In this document: in pieces, positions 1 through 7,450 of the stretch
Layout: every line of letters starts with the position of its first letter
Position numbering within the stretch: the first letter of the stretch is position 1
Virus genome (UHGV): UHGV-0047852
Source of the DNA: a virus
DNA length: 11,553 bases
Strand: one strand, 5' to 3'
Notes under the pieces: generated by a model
What the model saw: only the letters and a program-made list of their open reading frames with translations
What the model was told of the DNA's origin: nothing
Databases searched by the model: none
Position numbers and translations under genes: made by a program

Positions 1-46
1 AGGTTGCTCCGGGCTATGAAATAGAAAAATGAATCCGTTGAAGCCT
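1..46. other. Host chromosomal flank (bacterial B arm of attL)
   Basis: Sequence immediately left of the att core differs from the lambda P arm and matches my recollection of the E. coli attB left side (…TGAAGCCTGCTTTTTTATACTAA). Confidence 0.7.
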
Positions 47-61
47 GCTTTTTTATACTAA
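47..61. other. attL: attL core (15-bp lambda O region GCTTTTTTATACTAA) = prophage left junction
   Basis: Exact 15-bp lambda att core, followed on the right by lambda P' arm sequence and int. Confidence 0.9.
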
Positions 62-134
62 GTTGGCATTATAAAAAAGCATTGCTTATCAATTTGTTGC
101 AACGAACAGGTCACTATCAGTCAAAATAAAATCA
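62..134. promoter_or_regulatory. attL P' arm with IHF H' site (TATCAATTTGTTG, 87-99) and tandem Int arm-type sites (CAGGTCACTAT / CAGTCAAAAT, about 107-127)
   Basis: IHF consensus WATCAANNNNTTR and the arm-type motif are visible directly; position between core and int matches lambda. Confidence 0.8.
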
Positions 135-1205
135 TTATTTGATTTCAATTTTGTCCCACTCCCTGCCTCTGTCATCACGATACTGTGATGCCATGGTGTC
201 CGACTTATGCCCGAGAAGATGTTGAGCAAACTTATCGCTTATCTGCTTCTCATAGAGTCTTGCAGACAAACTGCGCAACTCGTGAAAGGTAGGCGGATCC
301 CCTTCGAAGGAAAGACCTGATGCTTTTCGTGCGCGCATAAAATACCTTGATACTGTGCCGGATGAAAGCGGTTCGCGACGAGTAGATGCAATTATGGTTT
401 CTCCGCCAAGAATCTCTTTGCATTTATCAAGTGTTTCCTTCATTGATATTCCGAGAGCATCAACATGCAATGCTGTTGGGATGGCAATTTTTACGCCTGT
501 TTTGCTTTGCTCGACATAAAGATATCCATCTACGATATCAGACCACTTCATTTCGCATAAATCACCAACTCGTTGCCCGGTAACAACAGCCAGTTCCATT
601 GCAAGTCTGAGCCAACATGGTGATGATTCTGCTGCTTGATAAATTTTCAGGTATTCGTCAGCCGTAAGTCTTGATCTCCTTACCTCTGATTTTGCAGCGC
701 GAGTGGCTGCGACCGGGTTTGTTGTTATATGGCCTTCAGCTATAGCCTCTCGGAATGCATCGCTCAGTGTTGATCTGATTAACTTGGCTGATGCCGCCTT
801 GCCCTCGTCTATGTATCCATTGAGCATTGCCGCAATTTCTTTTGTGGTGATGTCTTCAAGTGGAGCATCAGGCAGACCCCTCCTTATTGCTTTAATTTTG
901 CTCATGTAATTTATGAGTGTCTTCTGCTTGATTCCTCTGCTGGCCAGGATTTTTTCGTAGCGATCAAGCCATGAATGTAACGTAACGGAATTATCACTGT
1001 TGATTCTCGCTGTCAGAGGCTTGTGTTTGTGTCCTGAAAATAACTCAATGTTGGCCTGTATAGCTTCAGTGATTGCTATTCGCCTGTCTCGGCCTAATCC
1101 AAACTCTTTACCCGTCCTTGGGTCCCTGTAGCAGTAATATCCATTGTTTCTTATATAAAGGTTAGGGGGTAAATCCCGGCGCTCATGACTTCGCCTTCTT
1201 CCCAT
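135..1205 (-). CDS. int: Lambda-type tyrosine integrase Int (356 aa)
   Basis: ORF translation matches lambda Int essentially end to end (MGRRRSHERRDLPPNLYIRNNGYY … HELRSLSARLYEKQ … GHKSDTMASQYRDDRGREWDKIEIK), including the C-terminal catalytic region; sits adjacent to attL. Confidence 0.97.
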   Translation of the reverse strand: MGRRRSHERRDLPPNLYIRNNGYYCYRDPRTGKEFGLGRDRRIAITEAIQANIELFSGHKHKPLTARINSDNSVTLHSWLDRYEKILASRGIKQKTLINYMSKIKAIRRGLPDAPLEDITTKEIAAMLNGYIDEGKAASAKLIRSTLSDAFREAIAEGHITTNPVAATRAAKSEVRRSRLTADEYLKIYQAAESSPCWLRLAMELAVVTGQRVGDLCEMKWSDIVDGYLYVEQSKTGVKIAIPTALHVDALGISMKETLDKCKEILGGETIIASTRREPLSSGTVSRYFMRARKASGLSFEGDPPTFHELRSLSARLYEKQISDKFAQHLLGHKSDTMASQYRDDRGREWDKIEIK

Positions 1206-1401
1206 TTCTGATCCTCTTCAAAAGGCTACCTGTTACTGGTCGATTTAAGTCAACCTTTACCGCTGATTCGTGGAACAGATACTCTCTTCCATCCTTAACC
1301 GGAGGAGGGAATATCCTGCACTCGCGTACCCATCGACGAACTGTTTCAAGGCTTCTTGGGCGTCGCTGGCGTGCGTTCCACTCCTGAAGTGTCAAGTACA
1401 T
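1183..1401 (-). CDS. xis: Excisionase Xis (72 aa)
   Basis: Translation MYLTLQEWNARQRRPRSLETVRRWVRECRIFPPPVKDGREYLFHESAVKVDLNRPVTGSLLKRIRNGKKAKS matches lambda Xis; 3' end overlaps the int start as in lambda. Confidence 0.95.
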   Translation of the reverse strand: MYLTLQEWNARQRRPRSLETVRRWVRECRIFPPPVKDGREYLFHESAVKVDLNRPVTGSLLKRIRNGKKAKS

Positions 1402-1426
1402 CGCAAAGTCTCCGCAATTACACGCA

Positions 1427-1448
1427 AGAAAAAACCGCCATCAGGCGG
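1427..1448 (-). terminator. Intrinsic terminator on minus strand (CCGCC-tgat-GGCGG stem followed by U7), overlapping the orf55 stop codon
   Basis: Plus strand reads AAAAAACCGCCATCAGGCGG; on the minus strand this is a 5-bp GC stem plus a T-run. Sits between orf55 and xis. Confidence 0.5.
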
Positions 1449-1608
1449 CTTGGTGTTCATTCAGTTCTTCAATTCGAATATTGGTTACGTCTGCATGTGC
1501 TATCTGCGCCCACAGCATCCAGTGGTCATAGCAGTCGCTGATGTTCTCGGCTTCGATAACTCTGTTGAATGGTTCTCCATTCCATTCACCTGTGACTCGG
1601 AAGTGCAT
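1441..1608 (-). CDS. Lambda orf55-like small protein (55 aa; MHFRVTGEWNGEPFNRVIEAENISDCYDHWMLWAQIAHADVTNIRIEELNEHQAA)
   Basis: Translated by hand from the minus strand; below the size cut-off of the supplied ORF track. Position just beyond xis matches lambda orf-55. Confidence 0.7.
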   Translation of the reverse strand: MHFRVTGEWNGEPFNRVIEAENISDCYDHWMLWAQIAHADVTNIRIEELNEHQAA

Positions 1609-1850
1609 TTATCATCTCCATAAAACAAAACCCGCCGTAGCGAGTTCAGATAAAAGAAATCCTCGTCAGTGCGAGGATGCTGTTCATTGCTGCTATACAC
1701 TTTTTTGCTCTCAACGTAAGCGGTAGCCCATTCTGTTGGGTTGGTGCAGTTGCTTTTAGGAAATGCTATTTACCCCTTAAATGTCGGCTGAAAGAGCTAA
1801 AATCCATGCAAAAAATTTACGCAATTTTGTGTATTATTGTGCAGTAAGTA

Positions 1851-2453
1851 ATGAGCTATTTTCTGCGCAAAAAATGGATGGTAAATTTGTCCGGGTCAGG
1901 AAAAATTTTATGGGCGCTAAACATGAAAAAAGATTCGTATCCTTATTTGATTTGCATGACAGTTTCAGGGCTGATCTTTATTTTCCTTTTCTTCTGGTGG
2001 CGGGCAGATATCTACAGGGTCACGTTTCTTAATCAGAGTATATCCCACTATTACATTCTGTTTAGCATGGGAATAGCTTTTCTGTTATCTCTGTTTTGGG
2101 TTAAGAAGGGGATAGTAAAACAAAGCGGCTGGAAGAGTCTGTCAGCATACCTTAAGGTTTATGCAGGGATGTGCATATTTGCTGGATTTTTTCTGATTAT
2201 ACCCCTTACGACACTAACTTATTTTTTGCCTGGAGAGACATCGTCTTATGTTGCACCGTATCGGTATACTTCCGGTAGTTCAAAAAGTTGTTCTGGAGCT
2301 GAGGTGGATGACCCCGATCTACATGAGAATATTCGCATTTGCTATCCGTATGGCAATTATGAGTACGATAATATTATCTATGTTGAAAAGAAAATTAATA
2401 TATTAGGTGCGGTAGTGACATATGCACAGACCGCGCGTGATGATACTGAATGA
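1851..2453 (+). CDS. Hypothetical integral membrane protein (200 aa; about 3 N-terminal TM helices plus a hydrophilic C-terminal domain of about 80 aa); moron in the ea8.5/ea22 position
   Basis: 200-codon open frame in AT-rich DNA where stops are frequent; hydrophobic stretches YLICMTVSGLIFIFLFFWW, YYILFSMGIAFLLSLFWV, VYAGMCIFAGFFLIIPLTTLTYFL. Opposite strand to flanking phage genes. No strong SD at any candidate start (1851, 1878, 1923), so the start is uncertain. Confidence 0.6.
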   Translation: MSYFLRKKWMVNLSGSGKILWALNMKKDSYPYLICMTVSGLIFIFLFFWWRADIYRVTFLNQSISHYYILFSMGIAFLLSLFWVKKGIVKQSGWKSLSAYLKVYAGMCIFAGFFLIIPLTTLTYFLPGETSSYVAPYRYTSGSSKSCSGAEVDDPDLHENIRICYPYGNYEYDNIIYVEKKINILGAVVTYAQTARDDTE

Positions 2454-2487
2454 TATAGTATATAGCGGGCAAGTTTTAGTTAATTTA

Positions 2488-2520
2488 TCGAGGTAATATA
2501 ATTTACCTCGACTCGTTTGT
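2488..2520 (+). terminator. Candidate intrinsic terminator downstream of the membrane-protein gene (TCGAGGTAA-tataat-TTACCTCGA, then CTCGTTTGTT)
   Basis: Perfect 9-bp inverted repeat with 6-nt loop about 35 nt after the stop codon; the T-tract is interrupted. Confidence 0.4.
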
Positions 2521-2663
2521 TCTGGTATTAATATTTCGCTTTACGACCGATTTTTATCTGATGATATCATGCGGTTTTCATATACTGACTTACTGTCTTT
2601 TCTCCGTTAGCGATTTTCTCCTGCTCAGCGATGATTTTATCTTTGGCTTCTAGTTAATTTCGC

Positions 2664-2885
2664 TCACTTCGAACCTCTCTGTTTACTGATAAGCTCCAGA
2701 TCTTGCTGGCAACTGGCACAAGTCCGACAACCCTGAACGGCCAGTCGTCTTCGTTCATCTATCGGATCGCCACACTCACAACAATGAGTGGCAGATATAG
2801 CCTGGTGGTTCAGGCGGCGCATTTTTATTGCTGTGTTGCGCTGTAATTCTTCAATTTCTGATGCTGAATCAATTATGTCTGCCAT
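2664..2885 (-). CDS. TraR/DksA-family C4 zinc-finger protein (73 aa)
   Basis: Two CxxC pairs (CCECGD … CRTCASC) in a 73-aa protein, typical of phage TraR-like proteins. Stop overlaps a 5-codon remnant of the ea22 start (GTGAGCGAAATTAAC-TAG, minus strand 2650-2667). Confidence 0.8.
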   Translation of the reverse strand: MADIIDSASEIEELQRNTAIKMRRLNHQAISATHCCECGDPIDERRRLAVQGCRTCASCQQDLELISKQRGSK

Positions 2886-2940
2886 CTTTCATTAATCCCT
2901 GAATTGTTGGTTAATACGCTTGAGGGTGAATGCGAATAAT

Positions 2941-2961
2941 AAAAAAGGAGCCTGTAGCTCC
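2941..2961 (-). terminator. Intrinsic terminator on minus strand (GGAGC-ctgta-GCTCC followed by U6) between orf61-like and TraR-like genes
   Basis: Plus strand AAAAAAGGAGCCTGTAGCTCC; on the minus strand this is a hairpin followed by a TTTTTTATT tract. Confidence 0.5.
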
Positions 2962-2983
2962 CTGATGATTTTGCTTTTCATGT

Positions 2984-3199
2984 TCACCGTTCCTTAAAGA
3001 CGCCGTTCAACATGCCGATCGCCAGGCTTAAATGAGTCGGTGTGAATCCCATCAGCGTTACCGTTTCGCGGTGCTTCTTCAGTACGCTACGGCAAATGTC
3101 ATCGACGTTTTTATCCGGAAACTGCTGTCTGGCTTTTTTGATTTCAGAATTAGCCTGACGGGCAATACTGCGAAGGGCGTTATTATGTTCTATTGTCAT
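2984..3199 (-). CDS. Lambda orf61-like small protein (71 aa from MTIEHNNALRSIARQ…)
   Basis: Internal ATG at 3199 has a GAGG SD 5 nt upstream; the 117-aa track ORF is an N-terminal over-extension. The C-terminal two-thirds matches my recollection of lambda orf61. Confidence 0.65.
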   Translation of the reverse strand: MTIEHNNALRSIARQANSEIKKARQQFPDKNVDDICRSVLKKHRETVTLMGFTPTHLSLAIGMLNGVFKER

Positions 3200-3206
3200 A
3201 TTGGCC

Positions 3207-3958
3207 TCACACTTCGAATGCCAGTTGAGGGGTAAAGACGTCCCGTTCAGCGTTGTAATTAAGTGAACTGGCACTGTTGAATGATTCAATGCGTTCCACA
3301 AGAACTTGCGTACGGGTTTCTTTACTTGCGGGAGCATATGGCGAACCTACCCAGGATTTGTCGATGCCTATATTTCTTGCGACGTTCGTGCTGTCTGCAG
3401 ACGAAAGCGGTACATGAGTAAAAATGTCTTTATTTAACATCCGTAACCCATGAATCTTGGTGATTGGGTAGCCGTACTGATCTACAACATGACGTATAAG
3501 ATCGCGTAGTTTAGCCCGACACGCTCTCGGTCGTTTTGCATCGTATTCCCCCATCGAGCCGATGCAGACGCGGGGAAACTCATGGCACAGACGAATAAAT
3601 CGCTCATCTGGTTCGTTCATGTGCCACACCGGAGCACCAATAAATTTACCGTGAGGCCATGCCGCAATCAGGGCGTCATTCTCTTCACTGGTTCCGCCGA
3701 TAACATCCGGGATAACCGCGAATGAGAAACGAGGGTGATTGCCCCAGCGTTCAACAAATTGTAATATTCATTCCAGTCTACGGCCTTGTTTTTTGTCCAG
3801 AATGTGAATGCACCATTATCAAGAGCAAATGATTGGGTGACTTCGGAAGCCAGATCAATCTGAGCTGGATTAGCAAAACTGATGAATGCGTGTCTGCCTT
3901 TCCAGGCTTTCAACGCACAGGTATCGGGAGTTATTGGACCACCGTGAAAATGAATCAT
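3207..3958 (-). pseudogene. Frameshifted gene for an unrecognised protein of about 250 aa (N-terminal part [31 protein letters not shown]…; C-terminal part …AVIPDVIGGTSEENDALIAAWPHGKFIGAPVWHMNEPDERF…QLAFEV) occupying the lambda orf63 position
   Basis: Two adjacent minus-strand ORFs (3668..3958 and 3207..3629) in different frames; extending the downstream frame upstream gives continuous plausible protein back to about 3768, so a single 1-nt indel near 3760-3770 would join them. The ATG at 3958 overlaps the orf60a-like stop (ATGA). Confidence 0.6.
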
Positions 3959-4113
3959 ACACTCTCCCGTTTATTATTTATCTCCTCAGCCAGCCGCTGG
4001 GCTTTCAGCGGATTTCGGATAACAGAAAGGCCGGGAAATACCCAGCCTCGCTTTGTAACGGAGTAGACGAAAGTGATCGCGCCTACCCGGATATTATCGT
4101 GAGGATGCGTCAT
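3955..4113 (-). CDS. Lambda orf60a-like small protein (52 aa, [52 protein letters not shown])
   Basis: Hand-translated; ATG overlaps the exo stop (ATGA) as in lambda; C-terminus diverges from lambda. Confidence 0.65.
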   Translation of the reverse strand: MTHPHDNIRVGAITFVYSVTKRGWVFPGLSVIRNPLKAQRLAEEINNKRESV

Positions 4114-4790
4114 CGCCATTGCTCCCCAAATACAAAACCAATTTCAGCCAGTGCCTCGTCCATTTTTTCGATGAACTCCGGCACCATCTCGTCAAAACTC
4201 GCTATGTACTTTTCATCCCGCTCAACCACGACATAATGCAGGCCTTCACGCTTCATCCGCGGGTCATAGTTGGCAAAGTACCAGGCATCTTTTCGCGTCA
4301 CCCACATGCTGTACTGCACCTGGGCCATGTAAGCCGACTTTATGGCCTCGAAACCACCGAGCCGGAACTTCATGAAATCCCGGGAGGTAAACGGGCATTT
4401 CAGCTCAAGGCCATTGCCGTCACTGCATAAACCATCGGGAGAGCAGGCGGTGCGCATACTTTCGTCGCGATAGATGATCGGGGATTCAGTAACATTCACG
4501 CCGGAAGTGAACTCAAACAGGGTTCTGGCGTCGTTCTCGTACTGTTTTCCCCAGGCCAGTGCCTTAGCGTTAACTTCCGGAGCCACACCGGTGCAAACCT
4601 CGGCAAGCAGGGTGTGGAAGTAGGACATTTTCATGTCAGGCCATTTCTTTCCGGAGCGGGGTTTTGCTATCACATTGTGAACCTCTGAAGCGGTGATGAC
4701 GCCGAGCCGTAATTTGTGCCACGCATCATCCCCCTGTTCGACAGCTCTCACGTCGATCCCGGTACGCTGCAGTATAATGTCCGGTGTCAT
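4110..4790 (-). CDS. exo: Lambda exonuclease Exo (Red-alpha, 226 aa)
   Basis: Translation [65 protein letters not shown]… matches lambda Exo. Confidence 0.97.
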   Translation of the reverse strand: MTPDIILQRTGIDVRAVEQGDDAWHKLRLGVITASEVHNVIAKPRSGKKWPDMKMSYFHTLLAEVCTGVAPEVNAKALAWGKQYENDARTLFEFTSGVNVTESPIIYRDESMRTACSPDGLCSDGNGLELKCPFTSRDFMKFRLGGFEAIKSAYMAQVQYSMWVTRKDAWYFANYDPRMKREGLHYVVVERDEKYIASFDEMVPEFIEKMDEALAEIGFVFGEQWR

Positions 4791-5572
4791 GCTGCCACCT
4801 TCTGCTCAGTGGCTTTCTGTTTCAGGAATCCAAGAGCTTTCACTGCTTCGGCCTGTGTCAGTTCTGACGATGCGCGAATGTCGCGGCGAAATATCTGGGA
4901 ACAGAGCGGCAATAAGTCGTCATCCCATGTTTTGTCCAGGGCAATCAGCAGAGTGTTAATCTCCTGCATGGTTTCATCGTTAACCGGAGTGATGTCGCGT
5001 TCCGGCTGACGTTCTGCAGTGTATGCGGTATTTTCGACAATGCGCTCGGCTTCATCCTTGTCATAGATACCAGCAAATCCGAAGGCCAGACGGGCACACT
5101 GAATCATGGCTTTATGACGTAACATCCGTTTGGGATGCGACTGCCACGGCCCCGTGATTTCTCTGCCTTCGCGGGTTTTGAATGGTTCGCGGCGGCATTC
5201 ATCCATCCACTCGGTAACGCAGATCGGATGATTGCGGTCCTTGCGGTAAATCCGGCATGTGCAGGATTCATTGTCCTGCTCAAAGTCCATACCATCAAAC
5301 TGCTGGTTTTCATTGATGATGCGGGACCAGCCATCAACGCCCACCAACGGAACGATGCCGTTCTGCTTATCAGGGAAGGCGTAAATTTCTTTCGTCCACG
5401 GATTAAGGCCGTACTGGTTGGCGACGATCAACAATGCGATGAACTGCGCATCGCTGGCATCACCTTTAAATGCCGTCTGGCGAAGAGTGGTGATCAGTTC
5501 CTGTGGGTCGACAGAATCCATGCCGACACGTTCAGCCAGCTTCCCTGCCAGCGTTGCGAGTGCTGTACTCAT
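4787..5572 (-). CDS. bet: Single-strand annealing recombinase Bet (Red-beta, 261 aa)
   Basis: Translation [82 protein letters not shown]… matches lambda Bet; overlaps the exo start. Confidence 0.97.
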   Translation of the reverse strand: MSTALATLAGKLAERVGMDSVDPQELITTLRQTAFKGDASDAQFIALLIVANQYGLNPWTKEIYAFPDKQNGIVPLVGVDGWSRIINENQQFDGMDFEQDNESCTCRIYRKDRNHPICVTEWMDECRREPFKTREGREITGPWQSHPKRMLRHKAMIQCARLAFGFAGIYDKDEAERIVENTAYTAERQPERDITPVNDETMQEINTLLIALDKTWDDDLLPLCSQIFRRDIRASSELTQAEAVKALGFLKQKATEQKVAA

Positions 5573-5577
5573 CCGTT

Positions 5578-5874
5578 TTATACCTCTGAATCAATATCAA
5601 CCTGGTGGCGGGCAATAGTTTCAACCATGTACCGTATGTGTTCTGCCATGCGTTCCTGAAACTCAACATCGTCATCAAACGCACGGGTAATGGCTTTTTT
5701 GCTGGCCCCGTGGCGTTGCAAATGATCGATGCATAGCGATTCAAACAGGTGCTGGGGCAGGCCTTTTTCCATGTCGTCTGCCAGTTCTGCCTCTTTCTCT
5801 TCACGGGCGATCTGCTGGTAGTGACGCGCCCAGCTCTGAGCCTCAAGACGATCCTGAATGTAATAAGCGTTCAT
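5578..5874 (-). CDS. gam: RecBCD inhibitor Gam, short form (98 aa)
   Basis: Translation [60 protein letters not shown]… matches lambda GamS. An in-frame TAA lies 19 codons upstream, so the long form is not encoded. Confidence 0.95.
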   Translation of the reverse strand: MNAYYIQDRLEAQSWARHYQQIAREEKEAELADDMEKGLPQHLFESLCIDHLQRHGASKKAITRAFDDDVEFQERMAEHIRYMVETIARHQVDIDSEV

Positions 5875-5950
5875 GGCTGAACTCCTGAAAATGGCTGTGA
5901 AAATATCGCCCGCGAAATGCCAGGCTGATTAGGAAAACAGGAAAGGGGGG

Positions 5951-6157
5951 TTAGTGATTCAGGCCGTTACCGCGTCCGTCGAGAAAAACTTCCACGAGCA
6001 AATCACGGGTATAAGTGCGCTCGATGCCGCGATGCAGATAAAGCCGTCCGCGTAAATTAGCTGATGCAGTCCAGGTACCATCTTTGTGTTTGACCAGCAT
6101 TCCTGGCATGACCGCACCTCGATTAACGGTCTGCGTTCCGTAATGTTGATGAACCAT
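5951..6157 (-). CDS. Hypothetical small protein in the lambda kil position (68 aa from MVHQHYGTQTVNRGAV…; alternative upstream start at 6241 gives 96 aa)
   Basis: ATG at 6157 has AGGAG SD with 5-nt spacer; the protein does not resemble lambda Kil or cIII. Confidence 0.5.
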   Translation of the reverse strand: MVHQHYGTQTVNRGAVMPGMLVKHKDGTWTASANLRGRLYLHRGIERTYTRDLLVEVFLDGRGNGLNH

Positions 6158-6434
6158 AAAAACTCCTGCCCGTAAGCTGGGCTGCTGAACATATAAAGAC
6201 TTCTGCGCGTATTCAGGCGGTGGATGGCCGCCGGTTGTCATAACTAAGCCGCCTCGTTGAAGCGACTAAGGTATGAAATGTTGAGTTAATTTCAGCTGGT
6301 CACACCGACGTTCACGCGTCCGTTTCACCCCTCGCACTCCCCGAAGCCTGCTGAAATTCAAACTGCGGATCTAAGCGGTCATCGCAACGGTGAATCAGGT
6401 AGTTGCCGTATCGTTGTGTTGTTGCGATGAACTT

Positions 6435-6463
6435 ATTTAAAACTATAGTTGTTTTATCGTCAA
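6435..6463 (-). promoter_or_regulatory. Candidate leftward early promoter pL (-35 TTGACG, 17-bp spacer, -10 TTAAAT) embedded in operator repeats
   Basis: Minus strand TTGACGataaaacaactatagttTTAAAT is closely parallel to the PR element at 7491-7519 (TTGACTaaaaacaaccatagtttTAATCT). Confidence 0.5.
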
Positions 6464-6512
6464 CAACAAAAGTTGTTTTATTGGTTGTTTTAGATATAAC
6501 TGGTTGTATTTA
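6448..6512. repeat. OL operator repeat array: three direct copies of GTTGTTTTA (6448-6456, 6472-6480, 6484-6492) plus GGTTGTATTTA, sharing the GGTTGT half-site with OR
   Basis: Repeats visible directly; the same GGTTGT/ACAACC half-sites form a palindrome at OR. Confidence 0.55.
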
Positions 6513-6602
6513 GGATGGATTTATTTTGTGACTTGAATCGCATAGCGATAACTGAAGCGAGGTTATGGTGGTTTTTTTAACGGTGTGTGTGATGAGGGGA
6601 GG

Positions 6603-6631
6603 GCAAAAGAAAACCCGGCACGGTGACCGGG
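6603..6631 (-). terminator. Intrinsic terminator on minus strand downstream of the repressor gene (CCCGG-8 nt loop-CCGGG followed by UUUUCUUUUG)
   Basis: Plus strand GCAAAAGAAAACCCGGCACGGTGACCGGG; the reverse complement gives a hairpin plus U-tract about 120 nt past the repressor stop. Confidence 0.55.
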
Positions 6632-6752
6632 ATTCTTACGCCGTTAGGTAAAGATATTATTGCGGTGGCTTAATATTACTACCTAGAGCAAAGATAGGAA
6701 TTAGTTCTTTACTGAATGAGCACAATGCCCAGTTGATAATTTTTAATTGGTA

Positions 6753-7442
6753 CTACCCATGCTTCCTATATGTCTGCGGCATGCTCCCAATAACCTTACC
6801 GAAGATGAACACCCGGTTCATCTCGTCTTTCTCGATCGGGTCCCACGGTGAGTAGCTTTTGTTATCAGAGATGACCAGCAGCTTATCCTTCATCATTTGC
6901 AGGCGCTTTACATGGGCTGTGTCGTCGTACAGAAACGCATAGATACCATCACCGTCGAAAGATTTAACTGTGATATCAACGAACAGCAGATCACCTGGTT
7001 CGATCGTTCCTGACATGCTGTCACCACGCACGTTAATGATGCGGATATTTTCCGCCTTCCTACCATCGAACATGTGACGAGCATCGTCAAACGAGTACTC
7101 AACCGAGCGTAGAACTTCTACAAACTCACGGTTGATGACTCCCGGCCCAGCACTGACTTCTATATCAAGAACGTCAATCTTGAAGTATTTGGAATGGCTG
7201 ACAGTTGATTGTATTGGTTGCACTGTACTGTCTGACATATTTCCAACGCCAGAAGATAACCATTCTGCGCGCACACCCAAAGCGTTCGCGATCTCCACGA
7301 TTTTAGTTGTTTGATTAGCTTTCCCTGTTTCGATTTTCTGAATAGCAGCCTGGCTAACCCCGACCAAATCCCCAAGCGCCTTTTGTGTAAGGCCTCGCGC
7401 TAATCTGGCTTCTTTAAGTCTTTCTGAGAGTGTTGTTTTCAT
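6753..7442 (-). CDS. CI-like prophage repressor (229 aa; N-terminal XRE-type HTH, C-terminal LexA/S24 peptidase-like autocleavage domain)
   Basis: HTH region LARGLTQKALGDLVGVSQAAIQKIETGK; S24 signature GDSMSGTIEPGDLLFVD with downstream KRL. Start chosen at MKTTLSERLKEA (7442); the 251-aa track ORF runs into the operator. Confidence 0.85.
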   Translation of the reverse strand: MKTTLSERLKEARLARGLTQKALGDLVGVSQAAIQKIETGKANQTTKIVEIANALGVRAEWLSSGVGNMSDSTVQPIQSTVSHSKYFKIDVLDIEVSAGPGVINREFVEVLRSVEYSFDDARHMFDGRKAENIRIINVRGDSMSGTIEPGDLLFVDITVKSFDGDGIYAFLYDDTAHVKRLQMMKDKLLVISDNKSYSPWDPIEKDEMNRVFIFGKVIGSMPQTYRKHG

Positions 7443-7450
7443 AGTCCAAA

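Noticed and set aside
386-909. Plus-strand ORFs 386..583 and 703..909 inside int
   Set aside because: Antisense to the well-supported int gene; no start context and no recognisable protein.
1270-1726. ORFs 1270..1623, 1356..1541, 1500..1700 and 1541..1726 around xis/orf55
   Set aside because: They overlap xis and orf55 in other frames or on the opposite strand; orf55 (1441..1608) explains the coding signal.
1781-2032. 83-aa plus-strand ORF overlapping the start of the membrane-protein gene
   Set aside because: Alternative frame of the same region; the 200-codon frame with TM helices is far more likely in AT-rich DNA. The true start of that gene remains uncertain.
2984-3337. 117-aa version of the orf61-like gene
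   Set aside because: N-terminal extension overlaps the upstream gene; the internal ATG at 3199 has a proper SD.
3032-4430. Plus-strand ORFs 3032..3235, 3833..4066, 3886..4236 and 4119..4430
   Set aside because: Antisense to the minus-strand operon (orf61, frameshifted gene, orf60a, exo).
4693-5846. ORFs 4693..4959, 4716..5009, 5104..5337, 5135..5659, 5418..5618 and 5532..5846
   Set aside because: Antisense or out-of-frame overlaps of exo, bet and gam, which are confidently identified.
5959-6192. 77-aa minus-strand ORF overlapping the kil-position ORF
   Set aside because: Alternative frame with no SD; the frame with the AGGAG-preceded ATG at 6157 is preferred.
6427-6512. 28-aa hydrophobic plus-strand micro-ORF (MNLFKTIVVLSSTTKVVLLVVLDITGCI) across the OL repeats
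   Set aside because: Created by the GTTGTT operator repeats themselves; no SD; more likely an operator array than a peptide gene.
6908-7375. ORFs 6908..7102, 7132..7314 and 7160..7375 within the repressor gene
   Set aside because: Overlapping frames or opposite strand of a confidently called gene.
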